In this document: positions 1 to 12,530 of the stretch, piece after piece | Layout of the letters: the number at the start of each line of letters is the position of its first letter | How positions within the stretch are numbered: the stretch's first letter is position 1 | Assembly (NCBI GenBank): GCA_030141605.1 | Contig: JAQGDQ010000016.1 | Coordinates: 498,282-562,281, forward strand | Length of the DNA: 64,000 bases | DNA from: Tubiluchus corallicola | Lineage: Eukaryota; Animalia; Priapulida | Direction: 5' to 3' | The notes under the pieces: model-generated | What the model was told of the DNA's origin: nothing | Database searches by the model: none | The model's input: the letters and a program-made list of their open reading frames with translations, nothing else | Program-made: the position numbers and the translations under genes

Positions 1-3000
1 ATTAGTAAAGTAATTATCGCGTCAGGGTAATGGAACGCAATAATATAAAACGTTTTATATGTTGTATCAACACAGCGATTTGCGGTTAACTGACAAACAC
101 AAAATGGCAAAAAAAGATTTTCACAAGCTTGGTAGGGTTTCAGCTTACACGAAAACATGCTTAGGTATGATTTATAGCACGACGTACAGGCTTGATTTAT
201 GAAATTTTAGTATCGAGTTTGTCCGAGACTGGAGTACTACAAAGAAACCAGTGCAACCAATTCTCAAAATTGTTTTCAATGAAAATTTTAATCTTTCTGT
301 AATTTGTTACGGTCGCGATTCATTAGTCATTTTCGGTTTCTACCACAGTTCAAAGTATGTATCCTTCAATAAAAATGAAAATCTAATGTTCCCCTTTAAT
401 AAAAATGAAAATTTAAAGCAAAATAACGTTAAAATGTCTTGCTTTACTTCTCAAGTAAGTTATATCATTTCATGTACTTGCGCTATCAGTATTGCAATAC
501 TTCTCAGTAAATGAAATTGGAGACAATTTTTATTGGCATTACTGTTGCTGCTGCAGTTGCTTACTACTGTTGGTGGTAGTGATGGCCTGTACACGTTGTG
601 AAAATTATATTTGATTCCTCGAAAACATACGATACTATCTTTTTGAGTATTGGCGCATTTAGCTTTAACAAATTCAACCATACATTTCGCATTACTATAT
701 CAAAAATTACGCTTAAGCTAAAAAAAGTTTTATTTGTATTTTGAGTTATTAACAAGGCTAACAACATATGTTTGCTTCTGCAGATTTACTTTTACTATAA
801 AGTGCCTATAAAGTTATATAATGTACTATAAAGTAACTTCATAGTTAAAAAAATTGCACCGTGTTACAATACTGAAAACAAAACATGTAATTCTTATTCT
901 AAATTGCATAGTCTGAGACTGCAATAGTACCATGATGACTACTAACTCAATAAAATAACAGTGTGTAAGGGTTTCAATCACGGCAACGGAGAAGTCGTAT
1001 ATATTTAGTAATTTCGATGTCTAATTTTGCTCTGTCAAGGAGGTTGCAAGTAGTTTTGCAGGTCGACGCAAAATCTGTCGTCATTTCGCTCTATTGTGTG
1101 CGAAAAACTCAACAACATTGAGTATGTGAAAGGGTTGATGCGCATCGTACTCTCTTGGAGACTTTTTGCGTATTTCCACAATCACCAGTACCTGGTTCGT
1201 CACGGTGTATTATTCTCCACCATACAGAGCAATCTTGAAATTTCCATTTTGAAAGATTATGAAGTATTTGAGATTCAGCTGTGAGGTTGTGGCTGACTGA
1301 GCCATGTTTAAGGCGTGGGTTCGGTACCCTGGGTGGTATTATTCATATATACAGGCCCCGGTCGTTTGACTCGTACAGGGAGATGTATATAGATCCGAAA
1401 ATAACTGAGACACCTCTGTCAGTCCAGTGGCGCCTCTTAGAGGGTATCTTTGATAATAAGTCAGGATCTGGTTACGTTACAAACATCTCCTTAAGTAGGC
1501 CCTGACTTTGTGTACTTAACAGCGTGCAGTGGACCGAAATGTACAAAAATAATGGTTAGTGACCTCTATCTTTGTTAATTTAGCGAAGTAGTTTTGGACC
1601 TTGGAGACCAGCAAGAAGACGTCATCTAAGAGCTCTCTCCTGTGCAAGGGATTATGGGTATTTATTTCTTCATCATTGGCTGAAGGCTCTCCTGTTGACG
1701 AGCTGGCTTAGTTGACACTTCGCAGCAGATAGAATAAGACGAATTAAATTACGTCAATTCCTGGTGGATTTCGTATCTTTCATCTGCACCATGGGGCGAA
1801 TGAATGAGATTCTTGCAGGAGAAACGACATTTTTCAAGAAGAGCAGACATTCACGACTACGCCGAATTGCTTTCTCCTCCTTTAAGAAAGCGCGGAGGCG
1901 ACGGTGGATAATTTCCGGTAGTGAAGTGATCTTGGTCACTGAATCGTCTCTTTGATTCTCTTTGTTACGTATTATTCTATTAGAGGTAACTCAAAATATT
2001 TGAGTTTCTGCATTTGCACGCCTGAAGTCTTTTTCGCAAGCTTAACTGCGACGGTGTTCCAAGCTCAAGCGAAATAAAATTTCAAGAAATGTAAGGCAGT
2101 TAAGCAAACAAGCAAGCTAGCAATGTGAACAGCTTATTTGGTATAAATAAGACAGGGCCTTGTATAATGCCGTGCGAAATTCTCGCTAGTTTTTGATACT
2201 GTACACCATTTTAAAGCCTACTATGTGTAGATTGCAAAAAATATGGCGTCATTTTTTAAACAACTGTAGTTCAAAATTCAAAATGGCGTCCAATATGGAT
2301 GCCGACTGTTCAAGCTTCTCTATTCTTGCATCTAATTAGCTTTCAGTGTTTAGTTATAGTACCTGTTAGCGTCCATAAATGAGTAAAGCTTAAAGTAAAA
2401 TATCCCCTTGGTTAAATACCCCAACCCCAAGTCAAACCTCTCGTAGATTTTTGTGCATAAACCCACAGACACAACACCACAACAACAATCCATGCCATAC
2501 TTCAACAATAATCCGCACCACACAACATGTGACGTCTAGCATCTCCAACAAGAACAACACAAAAGCACAGCGAAACCACAGTTGAAACTATGTGCAATGG
2601 CACAAAATATTAGACCCACCCACCAATGGCCACTAATGAATGACATTTTACAAAGTCTTTATTTACTGCTTCTCAGACGTTAATAAGCTCAACACTCGTT
2701 TGGCAATAGAATAGTCTATGCTGGACTTCTCTTCCTAAACGTAAATGGGTTTCCACTGGTAAATGCCTCACCATCACAATGGTGGCAGCGGTGATGATCC
2801 TGATCAAGTATTTTATATGGGGGAATCAAAAAGGGGTATACTGCGTTAGTTTTATACCTCATAACAGACGGGATCCTAATTCTTTGGATGAAGATAGGTC
2901 TAAGGCGGATGTTTAGTATAATAGGGGGACTATGGTCCACTTACACTCTGTACACTAATGGATTTGAAGAAAAAGATCAAATATTAAATATCAAGCTAAT

Positions 3001-6000
3001 TAACTAGACAATTTAATCATCGTCAAATTCAAAAGTGATTCACAACAGTTTAAGCAAAAGTTCAACAATGGCAAAAATAGCAATATCAACAAAGCTAATA
3101 CTTGAGGATAGTAGGATATAAACATTTGCATAAAGTTCATGTCTGCGCACTATGTACCTAGGGTTTTCCAGGAACATTTTTTCACTGAAGCGAGCAGTTT
3201 GTAGAACGGCTGCATGTAAGCTTAGCGTCTGAATTCAGCTGTGAACTTGTGACTCCAAACGTCCTTTAGCAATATTAAATGGAGTTTATCATAAGGCCAC
3301 TGACTTAAACAGCAGTGTGGGTTAGAAGTCATTCAAAGGGGGGTTTGTTAGTAGGTCCCTACATCCTACCAAAATATCAATAATTGATAATGCAGTTAAC
3401 TATCACTGCCAACTGATAAATATCATACATATCAATTAAACGTATAAGCTACTAAGCAGTGTGAATCAGGCTTAATATTGCTTAAGCATAATGTCAGAAC
3501 CACTAAATGTAGAGCGACCATAATCTCCATTTCGATCAGATATTTAATGATTGTTGTATTCTTAATATTTTAAGTTGCCGTGAACGTTGTAGTAATAATA
3601 CATGTTTTCTTCCTGTAGTTTAAATACATGCTGCAAATACGACAGTCCTTTTTGCTATTAGCGTAGTACTTAGACGTGAATCTCTATTATATTCCGCCTA
3701 TTTATAGGCATTGTAGTGAGTTTGGGCCAATACGCTCCTTATGAATGTAAACGTCTTTGGCCTTCCGGAAGTTATCTTTTTATGATTTAACCATTAAATT
3801 GTATCAGTTATTAATTATTTGTATACTATGACTAGCGCACTTAGCGTAATTGTGAAATCAGTTTAATTCATTTTTTCTTGAATGTAATTATTAATTCCAC
3901 AAAATGCGCAATGTATTTCTTGCGATTTACTCATCATTGTTTTTTCCATGTCATTTTAATTGTCTGATCATAATTACTACTGTTTAGATATTTGCTATTT
4001 CAATTGCAAATCCCTAATTGCTGTTTGTTCTTGTTATTTTGTTTTTCACACTAAGCAGAATAAATTTTTCTCTAGGTTTATCGAACTAGATCAAGCCCGT
4101 TCACAACATGCCTCTTGCATTGGTTTAGATGCATTCACGTATACCTTCACCTGATTAGCAAAAGTTTCCATTTAAATCTCGCAGTTCGTGTAACAACAGC
4201 AATATTAACCGTCATTACCTCAAATGGGGCTAGTGACGTTTAATTAATCATTGCCCTAAGCTCGCTGGCATGTCATTAGTTATTGGAATGATACCAGTTT
4301 AGTCGGATGCGATTTATCTTCTACCAATCGTCTCGCGTGGGATCAGTTTTCCATCTAGTTTCATTGCGGAGTAGAGGCGAAATTGCTGCCGAAACGCTCA
4401 GCACGTTTCAATCGTATTTATACGGTCAGAACTTGATAGTCGATTAACCCAAATGAATAATAATTGTAGTGACTGAAGTACCAGAGGGATTTCTGTGTTT
4501 GCTTCATGAATAGGCCAAAGCGGTTAGACTGATCTCAACTAAGGACAAATCATAGCTCTAAGAGTTAACGAGTTTATAATGTGATTATCATCCCGGTACC
4601 GTTTGAAGTTAGACTCTGTCATTCTTGGACTTGCTAATCGAAGGTCTGTATCCCATTTTCTGAGAAGTTTGGAAAGTATGATTTGATTGCAGCTTTTACA
4701 ATGTCCAGTCTCCCCGCCCCTGATACATTTACCACATCGCAGCCTCTTTGCTGCAGTTCTTCAGAAATTTGGTCACGAAATCAAAAAATTCTTGTCTGTT
4801 ACAGTGCCTGGAAAGAAAACCATCTTTTCTTCGTATAAACAGTTTTTGCATTAACGTTGACGCAGATGGATAGGAATTTATCAAGGGTTATTGTGGATGA
4901 ATTTCATATGCAAGTCCATCCTCCACAGATTATACGTGGATATCCATGGATACCCCGTTGCTTTTTACTTTTTACTGGAATTGAAAATGAAGGAGAATAA
5001 AGGATAAATCGTCCTAGTTGATTAAGACCCTCATTGAGCCTGAAAGTTGCTTTAATAAATGTACAAAGATGTACTATAGAGGACGTAAATGTCTTTCCAT
5101 CAATGAGTTGTTTGTTTCTACCTATATTTTTACATACAGTAAAGAAGTATAAATTACCGACAGTAGTCCTTATGGATTCAAAGCCATGTGGACGCTGTTT
5201 ATCTCATTGAGATTACATAATACAGCCGTCTTTACACCCTGTTAGCTTTCTTTTTCTGTAATTAGTAACCGTAAAATGGTCCCTGAAAACTAGTTTGACT
5301 ATATCTACAGGTGTAAAACGGGAAAAAATTATGATCGCAAAATAGCCGTGATGTAGCCATTATACTTCGGCAATAATTATAATAAAAATACGAAGTAATT
5401 TTCAGTTGATTAGTGAATTTTCTTTCAAGTTTTCAGCCAGCCTTAAACACAAAATGAAACTCCATATCCATATCCATGGCAATCCTGTATTCTTCTTCAT
5501 TAACGAAAAGCAAAAGTAGATTTGCAAGCGCGTTAAACATACTGATTGTGCCTAAGCCTGCGCTGGCTGATTTATGTGAAAAGATCCTTGAATAGACTAG
5601 CCATGTTGTCCAGCTTTAGAAAAAAAGCCTCCAGTGTTCCACTTTTTTGAAAACTCATCTAGTTTGTTATCAGTTGTTTCTGTTGTAACCTGCTACTGCT
5701 GAATTTGGCAGAGACATAATATTAAAAACCCGAAATGAGGGACTGCTGTAATTTTCAAAAATGTTAACAAATGGTAGAGTCACACAGAGCAAATTGTAGC
5801 AAATTATACAAGCAATTTCGCTCAAGATCACGTTTCAATTTTGCTTTAATAATAGAGACGCCCATTCATTGTCATAGTTTTATCACCATTTTGATTTACA
5901 ATTATATAATCGGTTCAGTAAAATTTAAATGTGCAAATTGGATTCGTGACTCCCTAGAACATGGGATTACCTACGAAAATTCCTTGTTTATAATAAGAAC

Positions 6001-7488
6001 TGAAAGAGTATGCGGCAATACTGGTCCACCATCTTGGATTTCACAATTTTTTAATCACTTCCGCACAATTTAAATATGCAAATTGGGTTCATCTATCCCC
6101 AAAACACGCGATTAGGCACCAAAATTACTTACCGAGGATGAATAATGAAGAAGGGATGAACATTTTCATGATTTAAAGGCCGTCTTAGCAGTAATTTTCA
6201 TAATTAGGGCTTTCCGGTGGAAAGACTTTGGGAAATTTCTGACATGTTACTAAGCACGCGTGATACTATAAAGAACCGTTTAAAAACCTGTAGCAATTTT
6301 TTGGTATACGTTGATTGTTTTCATATATGTAGCCGCCTATATAATCAACATTTTTATCAATTCGCATTTCAGATCAGTTACTAGACCGCACTTTTCTCGT
6401 AATTTCGTGAACTAAACGTCATCTAAAATTCTTTGAATTAAATTCTTCCAGCTTATTGCGCTTTGAAATTGTAATGACGAACCGACTAACGAAAACATCC
6501 TATCAAGTTACTAGCAAAAACCTTATTTAGGAATTTTTATTATTTAATGTAACCCATATAATTAAATTTTATGCTGCATTTTAAGAGCGCGTCTTCTGAT
6601 CGATTGATAATTGAAAGCGCATCTGAAAATTGTCAGCGATACAAAGCAAAGTTCCTTACAATCCAGAAAACAAGACAAAATTGACGGAGACAACAACAAA
6701 CAGAGTAATAATAAAAACTTGGCTTCTGTGTTCTGTCGGCAAAGAAAAAGTTACTGATAGTCGGGTAGATGCACTTCACCGGTTTTATAACCTGCGCAAT
6801 AAATTTGAACAGTTGCAGTAAACTGCAGCTTCAATTCTGTGCCAACTTTTAACAAAATTGTTACAGAGAAATGGCGTATGTTGCTGATATTCAGAAAAAC
6901 CAATAATAGCAAGTGGCAAACCAACATTTATTTTGTACCATTCGCCACCATACGTCCTTCGGCTTGAATGAGTGTTTCTTAACCGTGTATGAAAGTGAAA
7001 ATATTGTAACATTTTACTGACATCTTCTTTTCAGGGTGTGGACATGTTACGACACCGCCAGTGCAATTTAGTGCCTTTTTCGTTCGAATTTTGTGGATTT
7101 TCTCTCTCTTTGTTTTTTTTTTTGATCAAGCATTAATTAGTGAAAGAGAAATGGCGCCAGTTAGCAAATATTCATGACATTTATACTGTTACTCGCAGTT
7201 TGTTCTCTGGCCAAATTATTCTTTTTTCTTGCAGCGACAAGGACTCTTGCGTGCAATTAAATCTATCTCGAAGCATGTGTTTGTTAGCCTAAATTCTCCT
7301 GTGACTTTATTAGGACATCGACAAACCAACGACTCCAGGTGCAAGTTCCATTTTAATCAGTCAGGTGAGAATATTTGTTTTGTGATATAGAGTTCTAGTT
7401 TCAGGGCTTTAGGTACCAAGAGGATTACATGTCTCACGGACATAATCCAACACTAGACATGTTTTACAAGAGCTGCATCTAAGTTTAA

Positions 7489-7491
<3 letters not shown>

Positions 7492-7554
<63 letters not shown>
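7492..7554. repeat. (CT)n microsatellite
   Basis: Perfect CT dinucleotide run followed by degenerate CT-rich sequence to ~7615. Confidence 0.95.
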
Positions 7555-7557
<3 letters not shown>

Positions 7558-8184
7558 ACTCACTTTCTCTCTCCCCCTCCCTTCTCTCTCTTTCTCCGCC
7601 TCTCTCTCTCTCTTTTCATTTATCTGCCTTTATACCCATTTGATTGTTTCACTAGGAATATACGATGAGTTGTCCCCCCCCCACACTTTTCTTATTCCTA
7701 CTTTACCTTCCTTCTAATATATATTAGACACGTGACTCGTTAGTGAACGACGGCTGAAGTTAAAAGAAAAGATTTGCTAGCACAATGGTGTAATTAAACC
7801 CCTAGATTTCGTACTTAAAGGGATTCGACTAAGGTTTACAAAGCTTTCCATCTCTTGATTCTCGTCGTATAGGATTAGTGAACTTTGCTTTTGCCGAGGA
7901 AATCAGGCAGAGATTTTATACATCAAGAGTAATCTTATTGAGTTCCACATACCATCCAGATGATCAAGCATCTTTAGACGCTTATCAAGTAACACATTAA
8001 TGAAGCTGTGTTTTCTCTTTCTTAATGTAATCCCGAAAGGTATATCTATGATGAAGATTACGTTTCTTCTAAGGGATCTTTCGAGTTTGCTTGTTTCGTT
8101 ATAACAACTTGCAGTCACCCTTTAAAAAGCTGCGTTATTAACGCCGCAAAGTTGGCTTTGCCTATGTAAAGTTTTCTGTGTAGT

Positions 8185-8665
8185 AGATTAGATTAAATTA
8201 GATTAGTCTATTTCAGCATAAAAGCCATACAAAAAACATAAAAACATTACATCACATTACAATAAAATAATAAAATAAAAGTTACACTAAAATGCTATGT
8301 ATTATACATTCTATAAAAAGCATTCGTAGTTATCAGGTTTGACGATTGTTATTTACAAACAGACTGTTGTTCCACATCTTATAATAACAAGAACTGTATG
8401 ATTGGTACGAAGCTGACAATAGCTAGTAGATGTTTATTGTTCCAAGTTTTAGTTACTGGTTTCTTATAGTGTAACAGGCTTTCCTGCAAAGGTGTGAAAA
8501 ATGTGGCAATGTTAAAACTGAACACATGCCAAGAGCACTACAATCATAATAACTTAAACAGCTTCCTGATACCATTTTTATACCCATCACGTATATTGTT
8601 AAAGACGGTATCGTCAGATTTCGCCCATAATAACATGCAATAAACAATAACTCTTAAAAAGATGT
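8185..8665 (-). mobile_element. Degenerate non-LTR retrotransposon (L2-like) 3' fragment
   Basis: The minus strand gives broken peptide remnants resembling the L2 ORF2 end (FKSYC...YYG, KMWNNSL). A short-repeat tail (ttagattaaattagattag on +) lies at the 3' side. Many stops and frameshifts. Confidence 0.45.
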
Positions 8666-9274
8666 AATTTAACACCGACGGAACACAACGAGAATTTTCT
8701 AATTAATGAATTAATACGGGCATAGTATAGATGAATTTGATTTTTAATCAAAGTAGTAAAAAATTTGCTGATTTTCTATAGCTATGTCAGTTTATCTTCT
8801 CATAGTTCACCCTTTTAAATCTCTAAGGTCTTCCACGTTTTCTTCAGTACATCTTTTGGTCATTTTACTTCCTTTATTCCAGCTTTCTGTCCCTGTCTAC
8901 GTTATGTAAGTCTCAGATGTGTCCCTTCCTTGACATAACGATGGAAAACAACAGTCAAACAGTCATTAAACAAATTTGATGATTTTTCTGATGATGAGAT
9001 GTTGAGAGAGCAACTGCAAAAATAATTGCTGTTTCGCTTGAATCAGTCTGTACAACTTATTGTTTTATATTATTAAAGCCTGGATTGAAAACTTCAGTCT
9101 CTGCTTCTTAACGTTTCAACGTAGAGATTAGCTAAATTATTTTAGAAAAGAAGAAGATCAGCCTGAGGCATGGAAATTTTAGCGGTTTACAAAGAAAACA
9201 AAATGAAGTTTGAGAAATATAGATGTTTCCCAAATTTGAAAATCAGCCTTGGCCTATATTTTCTTCAGTTACGC

Positions 9275-9277
<3 letters not shown>

Positions 9278-9370
<93 letters not shown>

Positions 9371-9483
9371 TCTCTCTCTCTTTTCTTCCGTCCCCCTCTT
9401 TCCCCCTTTCTCTTTTTCGCCTCCCTCATCCCCCCACTCTCTTCCTTCTTATTTTACTCACGTAATTTATTAGAGAGCTACAG

Positions 9484-9511
<28 letters not shown>
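9278..9511. repeat. (CT)n microsatellite followed by (TA)n microsatellite
   Basis: CT run 9278-9380 and TA run 9484-9511. These explain the SLSLSL ORFs in the track. Confidence 0.95.
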
Positions 9512-9514
<3 letters not shown>

Positions 9515-10544
9515 TTTTTGATCATACAAATCAAATATTGCTCACATCTGCTGTACGTTTTATTATCATTCTTCTAAATTTGCAAGTGGTTTTTTGTCAT
9601 TATCTTAATAGCACTCTCCCAAGTGATTGCCAAGCGAAAGATTTACTGGCGCCATGTAACAAAATCAAGTGGCACTTGGCTTCTAATCTTCATAGAATCT
9701 TTGTGATGCGGGCGCGGGTTTTGACGATTTTTGTCAAAAATCACTCTAATTATAGTCATCAAAACAATGCACACGAAAAAAATGATGCCCATTGCGCGTA
9801 GAAGAAATTTCGATTTTGATTTTTAAATTCAGATTAAATGAACATGATTTTAGCTACCAGCAAAAAAGTTTTTCGTAAATGAACTCAGGGTCTATAGATT
9901 TTTATTATACGTGTAACTTGCTGTGCACATTCAGTCGTACTGTCTAATGGGATCTCTGGAAAGACCAGAAAAGGCATCGTTTTTTGCTGCAAAATTCAAA
10001 GGCAAGGCCACATGGTCAGTTGAAATTATTTTTTCTCAGATTCAGTGTGAGTGCGCAGGTCTGCATCTATATCGAGCGCCCTCTACTTTTATTATTCTTC
10101 TACAAGGAAGCGTAGCTTTTTCTAACAAATGTCCTCATATTGTTACATTAGTTTTTGTGATCGCAGAATAGCTGTTTGTTTACATGTCGAAATTTCACAC
10201 TGTGGGAAGATTGACTTAATTTCTTGGCACCTGCAAGGAATCGATCTAATCGACAGAGTTACAGCTGTATTCCATGCTGGTTAGTGCACATTTAATTAGA
10301 CAATACGGGAAGAAATTTTGACGTTCTCTTTGCGGATACAGAGTTTACAAATACTGAGGTTGTGGATGCCAGTAAAAGAACAATTACCATCATGGATAAG
10401 AACAAGAGAATCTAAGTTTTCCATTATTCTTCCAGCAGGAAACAACCATATTTACATACGGACCGAGTTTGGTTTTATATACCAGACGGTTCGGACTAGT
10501 CTAGTCTTATATACCAGACGGTTTGGACTAGTGTTGTCTTATAT

Positions 10545-10905
<361 letters not shown>

Positions 10906-11307
10906 AAGTGAGCTAATTACCATGTGTAAAATTATTTCCAAGCACGTCGTTACTGCTCCAGAAAACGAAAAATATAAATTACTGGTGGAGTGGGGAGGAG
11001 AGGTAGGGTGCTTAAAAAGGGTGGACCTAGTGTTGCCTAAGTGTTACAGGAACTTTCTTTGCTCCAACATGCCTTGTGTGCAACCATACCATGCCATGAA
11101 ATGTTGTTCATCGAAATTAATGCCAATTTTTCATGATCTTAGCACGGCATAGCAGTACTAAAAGGTGGTGGTCGTCCATATAGTGCAGGTGTTACATGAA
11201 AATTATTTTAAAAATCAATAAGCCTTTTCACAGTTTCGTTGTTCGCACAAGCAGTTGCTGCAGGTAAAAGTTTAAGTGTACAACAGTAATGTGTCTTAAC
11301 TACACCC

Positions 11308-11460
11308 GTCACGTGACGTGGGCAAAGAAAAGCCGCCTCCCGCATCAGTTTAGTATTTTCAGATATATACGCGGATAATACTTAACTAGGCATTAGTTTG
11401 TACGTAGAGTGATTTACTAGCAGGATCTTGCTTGAGAACGAGAAAATGAACTAGGTAAGG
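11308..11460 (+). promoter_or_regulatory. Candidate Pol II promoter and non-coding first exon (possibly of the NPF/NPY receptor)
   Basis: Palindromic GTCACGTGAC (E-box, overlapping CRE-like TGACGT) at 11308-11317, Inr-like TCAGTT at 11345-11350, strong donor AG|GTAAGG at 11454/11455. The link to the acceptor at 30163 is inference. Confidence 0.4.
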
Positions 11461-12196
11461 TTCTACAGCTAACGTTTAAATCTGTTACTATTTCAATAGC
11501 ATAGGCTGCTAGGCATTGTCAAGTGTACAAAAATGCGTTGTCTGATACATTAAATCTTTGACCTTTTCACGATCATCATCAATAGCAGGAACTGTGAAAA
11601 GGCTTATTACAACAAAGTCAGCCCAAAATTATTTTGAACTGCATAAGATGTCCGCTATGGCATTGATGCAGGCTCACCTTGACGCTCGTCAAAACTGACT
11701 CTTCACTTCTTGGATTATTACACGTTATATTATACTCTGTTTGATTAGCGAGCAATTAATTGGAAAAGTTGAAGCGGTTGCATTAGTATTCATAAACCTC
11801 TATAGAATTTTACAACAAACCTTGCGTGCGTGTTTTCTTGACACGGTCGTGAAATTACTTATTTATAAATTTAATATCCATCAAGGAAAGCAGTCAGATC
11901 TATTTCCTACATTACAGCGGAAGACCTAAATGAACGTAGTTAATTAACATATAAAACTGGCATCGATTTCGTTTTTTAATTAAACGTTCGAGGGTAATTA
12001 AAGGGACGGTTAGGCAACTATTCCAGTACAAGCGGTTTAATGATATTCGAGCCATATTTTTGCGAGCCGTAATTGTAATGCAAGTTTGTGGTTGCACGCC
12101 ATGTCCGCTCATTAAAAAACTACGAGTTCAATAGGCTTTCAACGAGGGCAGACCTAGATTAATATGAAAAGTTTCCATAACAAACCTTACACAGAA

Positions 12197-12530
12197 CTCT
12201 CCCTCCTTTTTCTCTCTCCACCTCTCTCTCTCTCTCCCTCTCTCTCTCCTCTCTTTCTGTCTCTCTCTTCCACTCTCTCTATCTGCCTGTCTTTCTCTCT
12301 CTCCCCTTTTCTCTCTCTGTTTGTCTGTCTGTCTTTCTCCCTCTCTCTCTCTCTTTCGCTCTCTCTCTCTCTCCGTTTCTCTTTCTTTTTCTTCTATTGT
12401 TCTTTCGTTTTTGACCTCTCTCCTCTCTTTCTCCCTTTTTCTGCCTCTTTCCCCTCTTTCTACTCCCTCTCTCTTCCCCCTCTCTCTTTATCTCTTTTCA
12501 TTCCCAGGATTTCATTTTCCTTTTCCTTTT
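12197..12530. repeat. Degenerate (CT)n / pyrimidine-rich low-complexity tract
   Basis: About 330 bp, almost entirely C/T on the + strand. Confidence 0.9.

Noticed and set aside
1060-1960. GC-richer block with short ORFs and a PPT/TGTAACG-like junction near 1480 on the minus strand
   Set aside because: Probably a retroelement relic, but I found no second LTR or diagnostic protein motif, so it is not called.
4860-6340. Transposon-like motifs (ATATCCATATCCATGGCAATCCTG end near 5486; duplicated AATTTAAATRTGCAAATTGG blocks at ~5921 and ~6067)
   Set aside because: Suggestive of decayed DNA transposons, but the partner termini and TSDs could not be identified.
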